NCBI GenBank assembly: GCA_963828125.1
Contig: CAWHDP010000001.1
Span: 224,001-288,000, forward strand
Reading direction: 5' to 3'
DNA from: an uncultured Chlamydiae bacterium
Lineage (GTDB): Bacteria; Chlamydiota; Chlamydiia; Chlamydiales; SM23-39
DNA length: 64,000 nt
The notes under the pieces were generated by a model that was not told the DNA's origin, searched no databases, and worked only from the letters and a program-made list of their open reading frames with translations. Below, piece by piece: positions 21,616-32,095 of the stretch (position 1 is the first letter of the stretch; each line of letters opens with the position of its first letter). Position numbers and translations under genes: made by a program.

Positions 21616-21772
21616 CTTAGCGGTTATCCCATTTTTTCTGTTAAACTGGACGTTTGCAATTTAAATTGTTGATATACAGCATATTACGATTTAAAAGCTT
21701 ATTTTATTATTTACTTTTTAAATTTTTTGTGTTAAAATTATGTATATAATAATATAAAATTTGAGGTTTGCA

Positions 21773-22606
21773 ATGTGTTCAGGTGTGAATACTTATTATT
21801 ATCAATTAGGATCTGGGAATGTGGGGGATAACCCATACGACAACAATCCAACTTTTGAACAGATTGCCGACGCAGCTTATGAAGCCGCATATGTCTTCAA
21901 CAACCATCCGAACGCGTCCAGCGCCCTCTCTTATATGCAGGCTCTGACTGCTTTAGATAAATATTTAACGGCTAATCCTCCGCCCGCAGGATCTATAGGA
22001 GCTGCTTTACTCAATGACTTGAACACAGTGACGCCGAACCAAGGACAAACGTTGGCTCAAATGTGTGCAAATCCGTATGTGAATGGCAATATTCAGTATT
22101 TAGTCGATCATTCAAACATTTCTGCCGTATCTAATTTCTTTCAAGATGTGTATAATGTAAATAATTCATATGTAGACAAGAACAAGCCTGGGTTTGATAG
22201 AATACAACAAGATATTTTGGATATCATATCCTACATTAAAATCTATAATCAGGACGCTAGTGCAAAAACTCCAGATCCAGAACGTCTACAAACCTGCGCG
22301 ATCGCGATCTCGCGGGCGTTGTTTGAATTCAATTATCATGTGGCGGAATTTGGCGGAGTTCAAGATGGGTTTTTAACTATTTTATTAACGCAATTGGGTT
22401 GCGGCGCTTCGACAGATCCTCAGTCGCCTTCTCTATTTTCTTTAGCTTCAGCGGAAGCCCAGAATCCTTTGGATCCCACTGCGACGGCCAATTTTCTAGC
22501 TGCGTTGAACTCGATGGGTGAAAATAGCGCTAGCGGCGGATCGCTGTTAGAGCTCTTCGAAAAGAGCTATACGGAAGAATGGGGCTCTCTTCCTAACTCT
22601 GCATAG
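21773..22606 (+). CDS. AT-rich hypothetical protein
   Basis: 277-aa ORF after a very AT-rich spacer; GAGG RBS; N/A/S-rich. Confidence 0.7.
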   Translation: MCSGVNTYYYQLGSGNVGDNPYDNNPTFEQIADAAYEAAYVFNNHPNASSALSYMQALTALDKYLTANPPPAGSIGAALLNDLNTVTPNQGQTLAQMCANPYVNGNIQYLVDHSNISAVSNFFQDVYNVNNSYVDKNKPGFDRIQQDILDIISYIKIYNQDASAKTPDPERLQTCAIAISRALFEFNYHVAEFGGVQDGFLTILLTQLGCGASTDPQSPSLFSLASAEAQNPLDPTATANFLAALNSMGENSASGGSLLELFEKSYTEEWGSLPNSA

Positions 22607-24536
22607 TGTATCTGAGATTTCTCTTTCCGATCGAGGCGTTCGTGATCAGCGGGCAGTCGCAAAGGGAGAGGATCATCAGATCCGGGTTGGCCTCAATGAC
22701 CGTTTGAAGTCCATGGTCTGTGACCCTGTGAAGTCCTGACAACGCCAGGGTATTTAAGTTTTTCTGCCCTTTTGCAAGGCATGCCAAATCGTCGTCGGAC
22801 GTCTCGGTAGAGCCGAGATGCAATATCTGCAGTGAGGGTAATTTTGCGATCCACTCCATCTTCAATTTCGGGCAATCTATCACATTTAAATGAATGAGGT
22901 GTGCCGCGTTTTCCCATCCAGCTCCGGTGATCTCGTCGATCCCATTTAAAAACAGTTTTTCTATTCTTGGGCAATGGCGAAAAACGGATCCGACTCCCCG
23001 ATCTGTGACTAATAAACAATGCGATAAGGAGAGTGCTGAAAGGTCGGGGTTGTTTTTACAAATCTCATCTAGTCCAGCATCGTCGATTTTCAACGAATGG
23101 CTCAAATTCAATTCGAGCGGGGCCCCTTTTTTTTCAACGGGCCGCTCCGAATAAAACCTCTCTAAATCGGCAAAAAAGGACTCTGTCTTCTCTCTCAGAT
23201 TCGTCCCTTCTCCGATCCGGTTGACCTTTTCCTCTGGGTCGGCGTCCAAGTCATACAACTCCTCGCCGCTTGTCTGAACCAAATATTTCCAATTCCCATC
23301 GCGGCACCCCCGAATGGGAGTATCGAAGGGATGGCTGAAAAAAATGGGAGCGCTGGAGGGTCTGAGGAGGCTTTTGCCGAGACTAGGATGGGGATCGGAA
23401 ATCCCCAATAGATCGGCTACTGTGGGCAAGAGATCGATCTGGGACGAGATGGTGTCCACTCTTCGGGCTCTTTGCATTCTTCCCTCAGCATAGATCAAAA
23501 GGGGGACATGGACATTGTCCTGGAAGAGGTGCCGGTTGATCTCGAAATGGGGATCCCTGTCTTCGAGTTCTTGGCCGTGGTCTCCAAAGATGAACAAAAT
23601 GCTTTTTCCCAGAAGACGCCGTTTTTTCAGCTCTTCGATGAGCAATCCGAGAGCCCAGTCAGTGTAGGCGAAGGTGTTAAGAAAACCCCGTTGCTGGTTG
23701 GGGGTTGTCCATGGGTGGTGGTTGGTGATGGTATAGAGGTTTAAAAAAGTGGGCTCCGTCTGTTTGTTCAGCCAACCGGCGGCAAACGGCATGAGATGTT
23801 CGTCGTGAGCTCCCCAGCTGGTCCCGTGCTGGGGGAGATCCCGTTTGCCCAAGATAGTTGTGAACCCCTGTTTTCCAAAGAATTCGGCCTCATTGTCAAA
23901 GGCGGTCGATCCCCCTTGAATGAGCGCTGAGCGGTAGCCGCGGCGGCTGAGTAGCTGAGGGAGGCCGGTGAGGGATAGGTTGGCGTAGTGGCGTAAGTGA
24001 CAGGGCTCATGGGCGGGCGGTACGCCGAAGAGCGAAGCGATGATGGCCCGGTTGGTCAGATTGCCGGTCGAGTGGAAATTTGTAAAGAGGATCCCTTTTT
24101 CAGCGAGGGCGTCGAAGTGGGGGCTTAAGGGGAGTTTTGCGCCGAGACAGCCGACGTTTTTAGCGCGGAAGGATTCAAGGACGATGAAGAGGATATGGGG
24201 GTTGTCCTCTGCGGGAATATGGAATAAGGGGGGGCTGCGGCTATGGCGGCTGGATAGGGGGAACGAGGCGGCAATTGGGTTTTTGCGGCGGATTTCCCGG
24301 TAGGCTGTCAGGAAGGGATGGGGCCATGGGGCGAAAAAGATGAGGGCGAGGGCTGCCCAAGGGAAAAACAAGAGGAGGGCGGTCGCGAGGGCAAAGGGGG
24401 GGATGAGCCATTTTCCTGAGCTGAAAAAACTGGCTGGATGGCGAAGGAGGGAAAAATGGGACGGTTTGAGACGAATGCGAAAACGGAGCCATAGGAGGAG
24501 ATCGGTGAGGCAGTAGAGAGAGAGGAAAAAAATCAT
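22593..24536 (-). CDS. LtaS/sulfatase-fold membrane enzyme with C-terminal F-box-type (LRR_CC) leucine-rich repeats
   Basis: TM N-terminus; LESFR, Thr nucleophile (GNLT), TNHHPW, GDHG, VPL, SQIDLLPT; repeats L.LSHC..VTD.G and L.LCDCP.IT. Confidence 0.8.
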   Translation of the reverse strand: MIFFLSLYCLTDLLLWLRFRIRLKPSHFSLLRHPASFFSSGKWLIPPFALATALLLFFPWAALALIFFAPWPHPFLTAYREIRRKNPIAASFPLSSRHSRSPPLFHIPAEDNPHILFIVLESFRAKNVGCLGAKLPLSPHFDALAEKGILFTNFHSTGNLTNRAIIASLFGVPPAHEPCHLRHYANLSLTGLPQLLSRRGYRSALIQGGSTAFDNEAEFFGKQGFTTILGKRDLPQHGTSWGAHDEHLMPFAAGWLNKQTEPTFLNLYTITNHHPWTTPNQQRGFLNTFAYTDWALGLLIEELKKRRLLGKSILFIFGDHGQELEDRDPHFEINRHLFQDNVHVPLLIYAEGRMQRARRVDTISSQIDLLPTVADLLGISDPHPSLGKSLLRPSSAPIFFSHPFDTPIRGCRDGNWKYLVQTSGEELYDLDADPEEKVNRIGEGTNLREKTESFFADLERFYSERPVEKKGAPLELNLSHSLKIDDAGLDEICKNNPDLSALSLSHCLLVTDRGVGSVFRHCPRIEKLFLNGIDEITGAGWENAAHLIHLNVIDCPKLKMEWIAKLPSLQILHLGSTETSDDDLACLAKGQKNLNTLALSGLHRVTDHGLQTVIEANPDLMILSLCDCPLITNASIGKRNLRYTMQS

Positions 24537-26572
24537 GGAGGTATTTTACTCATCTCGATGGAGTCGTCAATGATAACCATTTTGAGATTCGGGTTGGCTG
24601 CAAGGAAAGTTTTGAGCGCGGAGTCGGTGATCGATTTCCTATTTTCTAGATAGAGATATTGGAGTTGATGGAGGCACTTTCCGAGAGAGGTCAAATGGGA
24701 GTCAGCGGAATGTTCTAGAGAGGCGGCAAGGTAAATGAGGCGGGGGCAATGGGATGCTATATGCACCAGGGCGTCTCCTCCGATTTGAGGGCAGTTTTTG
24801 AGGTGGAGCGCCTCTAGAACGCTCTCCTTTGTGATCGGGATTGTCCCCATTTCCCGGTTTCCTTCCAAGCTCAAAGAGCGCAAAGAGGGGCATCCGCGGA
24901 AAATAGCGCTCATTCCCTTCTCAGTGATCATCGGACAGCCGTTCATGTTGAGGATCGAAAGATTCGGGCAATGGGCCCCGATCCATTCGAGGGCCTCATC
25001 GGAAATGAGCGGCGCGTTGGAGAAGTTGCATTCGTGCAATTTCAGAGCTCGGTTTTTGTCTAGCTCAAAGATGGCAGAGTCTGTAGCGAGCGACATGGAT
25101 AGATCGAGAATCGCCGAAGGGGGATTTCCGCTTGCAGGGGCCCAAGCCGACTGGGCAAAGAGTTCTTCAACGGTTTTAAAATAGGACTTGGCGTTGTTTC
25201 CGTTGATGCAAATCATCTGCGATTCATCCGATGGGATGGAGGCAAAAACAGGCGCGGAGCCCTCTCTGATTAAGCTTCGCCCCACGCTATGGTGAGCCGC
25301 TTGAATAGACAATAGGTCGAGGAGAGTGGGGAGGAGATCGACTTGGCTCGCCGGCTCATCGATCACGACTTTTTGATCTCCTAAAATCAATAAAGGGATA
25401 TGGATATTGTCCTCTGACAAACGATGGCCGCAGGGCGTCTGTATTTCTTGCCCATGGTCGGCCAGGACGAAGACGAGAGAGCGCTCTAAAATGCCCGCAT
25501 GGCGTAGCCCGTCTACAAATTGGCCGAGGCACCGGTCCGTATAAGCAAACGTCTGGAGATACCGTTCCTGGAGGCTCTCCGTTTTGGGAGCTGGAAAAGG
25601 CAATTCCCAAGGGTGGTGGTTCGAAATAGTGAAAATCGATAAAAAGGTCGGTTGATCCTGTTTTTTAAGCCAATCGCCAGCCTCTCGGAACAAGGCCTCA
25701 TCGGTAATTCCCCAGCTCGTCTTCTCTTCAAGAGGAAAATGTTCTTTCCCTAAAATTGTTTCGAATCCAGTTTTGTCTAAGAACGGGTGCATCCAATCGA
25801 AGGTCGTCGGGCTTCCTTGAAAAAGCGCTGTTCGATAGCCGTTTTCCTTCAAAATTTGGGGCAGGCCGATGAGAGGAATCGAGCAGAAAGGCTCAAGACT
25901 TGCTGTCTTTAAATGGGCCGGAATGCCGAAAAAGGAGGAGATCATCGCACGGTACGTTTGGAGGCCGTTCGCATAGAATTGAGTAAATAATATCCCCTTC
26001 TCAGCCAATCGGTCGAAATGGGGCGACACAGCGGGACTCCCTCCGAGACATCCGACGTTTTTAGCGCGGAAAGACTCAAGAAAAATAAACAGTACATGGG
26101 GTTTTTCCCCGCGGATCAGTTCGAACCGCTTTTTCCCCTGAAAGCGATCGGTGTGGCGAAGAAGCGGATATTTGGGATCGAGATAGCGAGACTGTTCTGA
26201 GGGGAAGATCCACCGGTAAGGGGGAATGCGGCTTTGGTTTTTCCGGAGGGAGATTTGAGATGCCGCCGTAAGGATCCAGAGGGGGAGCCAAAGAGCGATC
26301 GAGGGGCGCACGATGAGAAAGGAGAGGGCAAACAAGGGGATCGAGAACAAAATTGTCCGCTCTATTCTCAGCGCGCGGATGGAGTCGGCAAACGCCTTTC
26401 GATCGGGAAAAAAGCGGAAAAGGGCAAAAGAAAAAGGGACTCCGATTTTTTCTTTGAAAAACCATCTGAGCCAGCACCAGACGAAAACGGCGGGCCAGAG
26501 GAGAAGGGCCGCCGTTTTATAGGCGGGGAAAAAAGAATAGAGAAGTAGCGCCGAGGCGGCAATGAACCCCAC
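24533..26572 (-). CDS. LtaS/sulfatase-fold membrane enzyme with C-terminal LRRs (tandem paralog)
   Basis: LESFRAKNVGCLG shared with the neighbour; GLQT, SNHHPW, ADHG, SQVDLLPT; repeats CPNLSILNMNGCPMITEKG and CPSLRSLSL. Confidence 0.8.
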   Translation of the reverse strand: MGFIAASALLLYSFFPAYKTAALLLWPAVFVWCWLRWFFKEKIGVPFSFALFRFFPDRKAFADSIRALRIERTILFSIPLFALSFLIVRPSIALWLPLWILTAASQISLRKNQSRIPPYRWIFPSEQSRYLDPKYPLLRHTDRFQGKKRFELIRGEKPHVLFIFLESFRAKNVGCLGGSPAVSPHFDRLAEKGILFTQFYANGLQTYRAMISSFFGIPAHLKTASLEPFCSIPLIGLPQILKENGYRTALFQGSPTTFDWMHPFLDKTGFETILGKEHFPLEEKTSWGITDEALFREAGDWLKKQDQPTFLSIFTISNHHPWELPFPAPKTESLQERYLQTFAYTDRCLGQFVDGLRHAGILERSLVFVLADHGQEIQTPCGHRLSEDNIHIPLLILGDQKVVIDEPASQVDLLPTLLDLLSIQAAHHSVGRSLIREGSAPVFASIPSDESQMICINGNNAKSYFKTVEELFAQSAWAPASGNPPSAILDLSMSLATDSAIFELDKNRALKLHECNFSNAPLISDEALEWIGAHCPNLSILNMNGCPMITEKGMSAIFRGCPSLRSLSLEGNREMGTIPITKESVLEALHLKNCPQIGGDALVHIASHCPRLIYLAASLEHSADSHLTSLGKCLHQLQYLYLENRKSITDSALKTFLAANPNLKMVIIDDSIEMSKIPP

Positions 26573-26580
26573 TTCACCAA

Positions 26581-27393
26581 TTATTTTTTGCTTTCCGATA
26601 TTCGCTTCATCCTTTTTTTCTCGGAGGGAGTCAATGATTCTGCTCCATGCCGAGAAATTCGGTCAAGCATCGCATCCATGAACTGGTCGTCGTCCAAAAT
26701 CCGCTCCCCCGATTGGATGTCGTAAATTTTTGAGGTGTTTGGGGCCTCCCCCTGTTTCTTTTCGAAGAGTCGCAAAATCATTTTTTCAAAGCGGCGGAAG
26801 GGAGAGAGGGGGCTTGGCTGGCGGAAAACGAAGAGAGTGAAGAAATATCCGTAAAGGGAGGCGGCGGCAAGAGAGGCGGCAGCCGCCCATTGACCAGAGA
26901 CGAGATCGGTAAAGAGGGTGAATCCGATCAGGCCGAGAATCAACCACCCAGCTTTGAAGGGAATAGCAAAGAAAAGGAGGAGTTTGGATTCAGGGTTGCG
27001 GAGCATCCAGGCGACAAGCGTTGCAAAAACGGCGTTGGTGCTGCCGACGAGGAAAAAATGGGGGAAGGGGAGGACGGCCAGAGCGCCCGCTAGGCTCGCC
27101 CCGAAATAGAGGGCAAAGAATGTCCGAGGACTCCGCTGTTCTAGAAGCGCGGCGCCGAACATCCAAAGGACATACATGTTGAAGCCGAGCTGGATAAAAA
27201 AGCTGAGGGAAACGGGCCTTTGCTCTAAAAAAATATAGGTGATGAGCTGCCAGAAATAAAACCGCTCGATCCCCACCCAAGATAGGGCAAGCCAGTTGTA
27301 GAGTTGCGGAAAGAAGCCGGCGGCTAGGCTAGCCCCAAGGGTCGTAAAAATCAGAATTCGGAGGGAATTTCGCATAACATTTTTTTTTATCAT
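26581..27393 (-). CDS. Rhomboid-family membrane protein, probably inactive, with C-terminal helical domain
   Basis: WQLITY.FL, FNM..LW.FG..LE, C-terminal D.MLDRISRHG.ESLT..EK; lacks the canonical GxSG and AHxGG. Confidence 0.75.
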   Translation of the reverse strand: MIKKNVMRNSLRILIFTTLGASLAAGFFPQLYNWLALSWVGIERFYFWQLITYIFLEQRPVSLSFFIQLGFNMYVLWMFGAALLEQRSPRTFFALYFGASLAGALAVLPFPHFFLVGSTNAVFATLVAWMLRNPESKLLLFFAIPFKAGWLILGLIGFTLFTDLVSGQWAAAASLAAASLYGYFFTLFVFRQPSPLSPFRRFEKMILRLFEKKQGEAPNTSKIYDIQSGERILDDDQFMDAMLDRISRHGAESLTPSEKKRMKRISESKK

Positions 27394-27456
27394 AAACTCT
27401 TGAATTTTTCTAGCTCGGTCGCTATGATCAGAGGGAAAATCCTAAAGGATCGCTTT

Positions 27457-27771
27457 ATGAAACAGAAGACACACCCGCCCTACCAGGAAGTTTTATTCGA
27501 AGATTCTTCGACTGGTTCCAAGTTTATTATCGGCAGCACATTGCAGCCCAAAGAAAAGACCGCCTACGAAGGAAAAGAGTATCCTCTCTACCGCGTTCCG
27601 GTCTCTTCCGCTTCCCACCCCTTCTTCACGAAGGCTACGCAATTTACCGATTCTGAAGGACGGATCGGCAAATTCACTAAAAAATATCAGCGAAAGACAG
27701 CTGAGGTGAAACAATCTCAGGAGAAACAGGAAGAGGCGAAAAAAGAGAAAGATAAAAAGAAGAAAAAGTAA
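27457..27771 (+). CDS. rpmE2: 50S ribosomal protein L31 type B
   Basis: [24 protein letters not shown]; no Cys ligands. Confidence 0.93.
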   Translation: MKQKTHPPYQEVLFEDSSTGSKFIIGSTLQPKEKTAYEGKEYPLYRVPVSSASHPFFTKATQFTDSEGRIGKFTKKYQRKTAEVKQSQEKQEEAKKEKDKKKKK

Positions 27772-28835
27772 TGAAGGACAAGGTGCAGCGCCTCTTAGCC
27801 CGATTGCAAGAGGTTGAGGAGTTGCTGGGCCATCCAGAGACCCTTTCCGACCAGAAGCGTTACCGCGAGCTCACTCAGGAACATTCGCAGCTCTCCGAAC
27901 TCAAAGACGTCTGGGATCGCCTTCAGTCTTCCGAGCGGCAGCTCGTCGAAAATCGGGTTCTTCTCTCTTCTGAACAAGATCCTGAGATGGTCGTCCTTCT
28001 CAGGGATGAAATCGTTCGCCTTGAAGTGGAGTTTGCCGCTTCGCAAAAACGGATTGAGACGCTCCTTGTCCCTCCAGATCCCCGCGATAGCCGGAGCATC
28101 ATCTTGGAGCTGCGCGCCGGTACGGGAGGCGATGAGGCGGCCCTCTTTGTCGGCGACTGCATCCGGATGTATCAATATTATGCTGGGAAAAAAGGGTGGA
28201 AGTTCGAGATTCTCTCCTCTTCTGAATCAGAGGTGGGCGGCTATAAGGAATATATCATGAGCCTGGCCGGCTCTAACGTATTTCGCCTCATGCAATACGA
28301 AGCGGGGACCCATCGGGTTCAGCGGGTGCCCGATACTGAGACGCAAGGGAGGGTGCACACCTCTGCGATCACTGTCGCAGTCCTGATGGAGCCCGATGAA
28401 GACGAGAAGATCGAGATTGATGAAAAAGACCTCAAGATCGATACCTACCGCGCCTCTGGAGCTGGCGGTCAGCACGTCAACCGGACCGATTCGGCTGTCC
28501 GGATCACCCACCTCCCGACTGGCACTGTTGTCGCTTGCCAAGAAGAGCGGAGCCAGCATAAGAACAAAGACAAAGCGATGCGCCTTTTGTCGAGCCGGAT
28601 TGCCGAAGAGCTCCGGAGGAAAAACCAGAAAGAGGTCTCCGCATTACGGCAAGCTCAGGTGGGCAGCGGCGATCGGTCTGAGCGGATCCGGACGTACAAT
28701 TTCCCTCAAAATCGGGTGACTGATCATCGGATTGATCTCACTTTGTATAAATTGGATCGAGTCATGGAGGGGGATCTCGACGATTTGACGATCCCGCTGG
28801 TCAACTATTTCTATAATGAGCAATTACAGGCGTGA
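27771..28835 (+). CDS. prfA: Peptide chain release factor 1
   Basis: GTGGDEA, PDT (PxT) motif, [17 protein letters not shown]. Confidence 0.97.
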   Translation: MKDKVQRLLARLQEVEELLGHPETLSDQKRYRELTQEHSQLSELKDVWDRLQSSERQLVENRVLLSSEQDPEMVVLLRDEIVRLEVEFAASQKRIETLLVPPDPRDSRSIILELRAGTGGDEAALFVGDCIRMYQYYAGKKGWKFEILSSSESEVGGYKEYIMSLAGSNVFRLMQYEAGTHRVQRVPDTETQGRVHTSAITVAVLMEPDEDEKIEIDEKDLKIDTYRASGAGGQHVNRTDSAVRITHLPTGTVVACQEERSQHKNKDKAMRLLSSRIAEELRRKNQKEVSALRQAQVGSGDRSERIRTYNFPQNRVTDHRIDLTLYKLDRVMEGDLDDLTIPLVNYFYNEQLQA

Positions 28836-29644
28836 AAAGCATCCTTGAGATTGTCAAACTTTCCACCGCATTTTTGGCTGAACGGAAGATGGAACGGCCG
28901 AGAAGAACGGCTGAAGAGGTGGTCGCTTTTGTCCTCGGTTTAAAAAAAATGGATCTTTATCTTCGGTTCGATCAGCCGATTGTCGAGGCGGAGCTGGGGC
29001 GCATTCGGGAGCTGTTGAAGCGGTGCGGGAAAGGGGAGCCGTTGGAGTATGTTTTGGGCGAGGTAGAGTTTTTGGGCTGTCGGATCCACCTCGATCGGAG
29101 GGTGCTGATTCCTCGGCCTGAGACGGAGATTCTGGCTGAAATGGTGGCTAAGCGGGTAGAGAGCGGCGTACTTTGGGATGTGTGCTCCGGTTCTGGATGT
29201 TTGGGGATTGCGCTGAAAAAGGCCCGGCCAGATCTGGAGGTGGTTCTTTCCGATATTTCGGCAGATGCGCTCGCCCTTGCTGAAGAGAATGCGAAGTTGA
29301 ATGGGGCCTTTGTGGAGATTTTACAGGGGGACTTGTTGGCGCCGTTTGAGGGGAGGAGAGCCGATTGGATTGTCTGCAACCCGCCCTATATCTCTGAGGC
29401 TGAGTATTGGAACCTAGATCCTTCCGTGAAGGATTTTGAACCGAAACTGGCTCTTGTGGGGGGCGCCAAGGGGACCGAAATGTATGAGAGGTTCAAAGAG
29501 TCCCTTTCCCGATTTTTAAAGCCCGGAGGCAGGGTGTTTTTTGAAATCGGCGCCAGTCAAGGGGGGGCTTTAAAGAAGTTGTTCCCTGAAGGGGAGCTCG
29601 GTTTAGACTGGGCTGGGCATTCTCGATTTTTTACTTGTCAATGA
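28832..29644 (+). CDS. prmC: Release factor glutamine methyltransferase
   Basis: [18 protein letters not shown], follows prfA. Confidence 0.95.
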   Translation: MKSILEIVKLSTAFLAERKMERPRRTAEEVVAFVLGLKKMDLYLRFDQPIVEAELGRIRELLKRCGKGEPLEYVLGEVEFLGCRIHLDRRVLIPRPETEILAEMVAKRVESGVLWDVCSGSGCLGIALKKARPDLEVVLSDISADALALAEENAKLNGAFVEILQGDLLAPFEGRRADWIVCNPPYISEAEYWNLDPSVKDFEPKLALVGGAKGTEMYERFKESLSRFLKPGGRVFFEIGASQGGALKKLFPEGELGLDWAGHSRFFTCQ

Positions 29645-29677
29645 ACCTAAGTTTTTTGCGGCGCATCCACATTTCCC

Positions 29678-29706
29678 TTGAAAAGCGAATGGTTCTTTAG
29701 TATCCT
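29678..29706 (+). promoter_or_regulatory. Putative sigma66/70 promoter for ffh
   Basis: TTGAAA-N17-TATCCT, ending 11 nt before the ffh ATG. Confidence 0.5.
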
Positions 29707-29717
29707 ATTTCCTAATT

Positions 29718-31085
29718 ATGTTTGGCGCATTAACAGATAAATTCCAAAAACTCTTCTCTGGCCTCTCGGGGAAGAAGTCGCTCACTGAGGACAACATCGC
29801 TGATGCGGTTCGCGAAGTGCGGCTCGCTTTGCTTGAGGCGGACGTGAACTATGCAGTGGTGAGCGGCTTTGTGAAGCGGGTGAAAGAGAAGGCGATCGGC
29901 GATGCGGTGATGAAGTCAGTGACGCCGGGCCAACAGTTTACCAAACTCGTGCACGATGAATTGATCGCCCTGATGGGGAGTGACGAAGCGCCTCTGGATC
30001 TGAAAGGGAAAATTTCGGTCATCATGCTCTGCGGCCTACAAGGTTCGGGGAAAACGACGAGTTCTGCGAAATTGGCTCACTATATAGGCAAGACGGCCAA
30101 GGGGAAAAAGATCTTGCTCGCCGCGTGCGATTTGCAGCGGCCCGCTGCGATCGATCAATTGAAAAAATTGGGAGAGAGTCTCGGCATTCCAGTCTTCCAT
30201 CTGGAGGGGGAAAAAAGTCCTCTGAGGACGGCCAAAAGGGCCTACGAAAAGGCGGAGGCGGAAGGGTTCGATGTGTTAATCGTCGATACGGCGGGGCGTC
30301 TCCATATTGATGAAGAGCTCATGAAAGAGCTTGAAGAGATGAAGCAGTTTTTAGAGCCGCGCGAGATCCTATTTGTCGCGAATGCGACAACAGGGCAAGA
30401 TGCGGTCAAGACGGCAGCCGAGTTCGATCGGCGAATTCAGATTACGGGCACGATCCTGACGATGTTGGATGGCAATGCCCGCGCAGGGGCTGCGATTTCG
30501 ATCCGCGAGGTGACGAATAAACCGCTTAAATTTGAAGGGACCGGCGAAAAGGTCGGCGACTGGCAAGTCTTTAATCCCCGCTCAATGGCCGATCGGATTC
30601 TCGGCATGGGCGATGTGATCAATTTGGTGAAAAAAGCCAAAGAAAACTTCTCGGAGGAGGAGAGCGCTGAGCTCGAGAAGAAGTTGAAAAAAGCGAGCTT
30701 CACCTATGAGGACTATCTGAAGCAGATGGGCCGAATGAAGAAGATGGGATCCTTTAAAAGCCTCCTCCAAATGCTCCCTGGTTTTGGCGGGATGGGCGAT
30801 TTCGATTTATCCGATTCCGAATTTAAAAAGACCGAGGCGATCATCTATTCGATGACCCCGAAAGAACGGGAAGAAAAGGTGGAACTTGACCACGAACGGC
30901 GAAAGCGGATTGCCAAAGGGAGCGGCGTTCCCCTCGATGACGTCAATAAGATGGTCAAAGGGTTTAAGCGAATTAAGCAATTATTTAAAAATATGCCCGA
31001 CATGAAAGCCCACGCGAAGAAAATGGGCGGCATGCCGGATTTGAATGAAATGAAGAAACAATTCGAAGGTAAAAAATGGCACTAA
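29718..31085 (+). CDS. ffh: Signal recognition particle protein
   Basis: ALLEADV, GLQGSGKTT, DTAGR, RILGMGD, Met-rich M domain. Confidence 0.97.
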   Translation: MFGALTDKFQKLFSGLSGKKSLTEDNIADAVREVRLALLEADVNYAVVSGFVKRVKEKAIGDAVMKSVTPGQQFTKLVHDELIALMGSDEAPLDLKGKISVIMLCGLQGSGKTTSSAKLAHYIGKTAKGKKILLAACDLQRPAAIDQLKKLGESLGIPVFHLEGEKSPLRTAKRAYEKAEAEGFDVLIVDTAGRLHIDEELMKELEEMKQFLEPREILFVANATTGQDAVKTAAEFDRRIQITGTILTMLDGNARAGAAISIREVTNKPLKFEGTGEKVGDWQVFNPRSMADRILGMGDVINLVKKAKENFSEEESAELEKKLKKASFTYEDYLKQMGRMKKMGSFKSLLQMLPGFGGMGDFDLSDSEFKKTEAIIYSMTPKEREEKVELDHERRKRIAKGSGVPLDDVNKMVKGFKRIKQLFKNMPDMKAHAKKMGGMPDLNEMKKQFEGKKWH

Positions 31086-31390
31086 CGATTCGCATGAGAC
31101 AACAAGGGGCCAACAGCCGGCAGAGATTCCGCCTCGTTGTCACCGATTCTAGAAATCCCCGCGACGGCAAATATCTCGAGATGATTGGCTGGTATAATCC
31201 GTTTGGGGCAGACGATAAAAATTATTTTATCGATGTGCCGCGCGTTCAGTACTGGTTAGACAATGGCGCTGAGATCAGCGATCGGGTGAAATCTCTCGTA
31301 AAACGGTTTGCTCCAGAGGTGGTGCAGAAGCTGACTCAAAAAAAAGTCGCCAAAATGGCGAAAAGAAGAGCCCAGAGAAATAAAGAATAG
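31076..31390 (+). CDS. rpsP: 30S ribosomal protein S16
   Basis: DSRNPRDGK.LE.IGWYNP, WLDNGA. Confidence 0.95.
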   Translation: MALTIRMRQQGANSRQRFRLVVTDSRNPRDGKYLEMIGWYNPFGADDKNYFIDVPRVQYWLDNGAEISDRVKSLVKRFAPEVVQKLTQKKVAKMAKRRAQRNKE

Positions 31391-32095
31391 ATGGAGATAG
31401 ATCTTCTGTCGCTCTTCCCCGAATATTTTCAGGGTCCCTTCGACGTCAGCATGTTAAGAAGGGCCAGGGATCGGGGTTTTCTCGAGATCAGGCATACCAA
31501 CATCCGCGACTTTGCGGAGAATAAGCATGGCCGGGTCGATGATCGCCCTTTTGGGGGAGGGCCCGGGATGGTTCTTTGCCCTGGGCCAGTGGTTAGGGCG
31601 ATCCGGAGCGTTCGGAGGGAGGGATCCCGCGTCGTCTGTTTATCCCCGCAGGGGAGCCTTCTCACCGCTGCCAAAAGCCAAGAGTTGGCTGGATATCCCC
31701 ACCTCGTCCTCCTTTGCGGGCATTACGAAGGAGTGGATGAGCGGGCGCTCAAAGAGGTCGATGAGGAGATCAGCATCGGCGATTACGTGCTGACCAGTGG
31801 GTGTGCTGCGGCAATCGTTTTGATTGATGCGATGGCCCGGTTCATACCTGGCGTCATCGGTCATCCGGATGCTGTGCGCGAGGACTCGTTTCAAGAGGGG
31901 ATATTTGATTCGCCCCACTACACGAGACCCGAGAGTTTTGAAGGGATAGAGGTTCCTGCGGTTTTGCTTGGTGGAAACCATGCAGAGATTCGCAAATGGC
32001 GAAAAGCCGAAGCAGAGAAAAAAACACGCCGGGTACGACCCGATTTATTATTAGGAGAACATTGTGAGCCGCTCACCATTCATACAAGAAGTTGA
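31391..32095 (+). CDS. trmD: tRNA (guanine37-N1)-methyltransferase
   Basis: VDDRPFGGGPGMV, CGHYEGVDER, SIGDYVL. Confidence 0.97.
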   Translation: MEIDLLSLFPEYFQGPFDVSMLRRARDRGFLEIRHTNIRDFAENKHGRVDDRPFGGGPGMVLCPGPVVRAIRSVRREGSRVVCLSPQGSLLTAAKSQELAGYPHLVLLCGHYEGVDERALKEVDEEISIGDYVLTSGCAAAIVLIDAMARFIPGVIGHPDAVREDSFQEGIFDSPHYTRPESFEGIEVPAVLLGGNHAEIRKWRKAEAEKKTRRVRPDLLLGEHCEPLTIHTRS

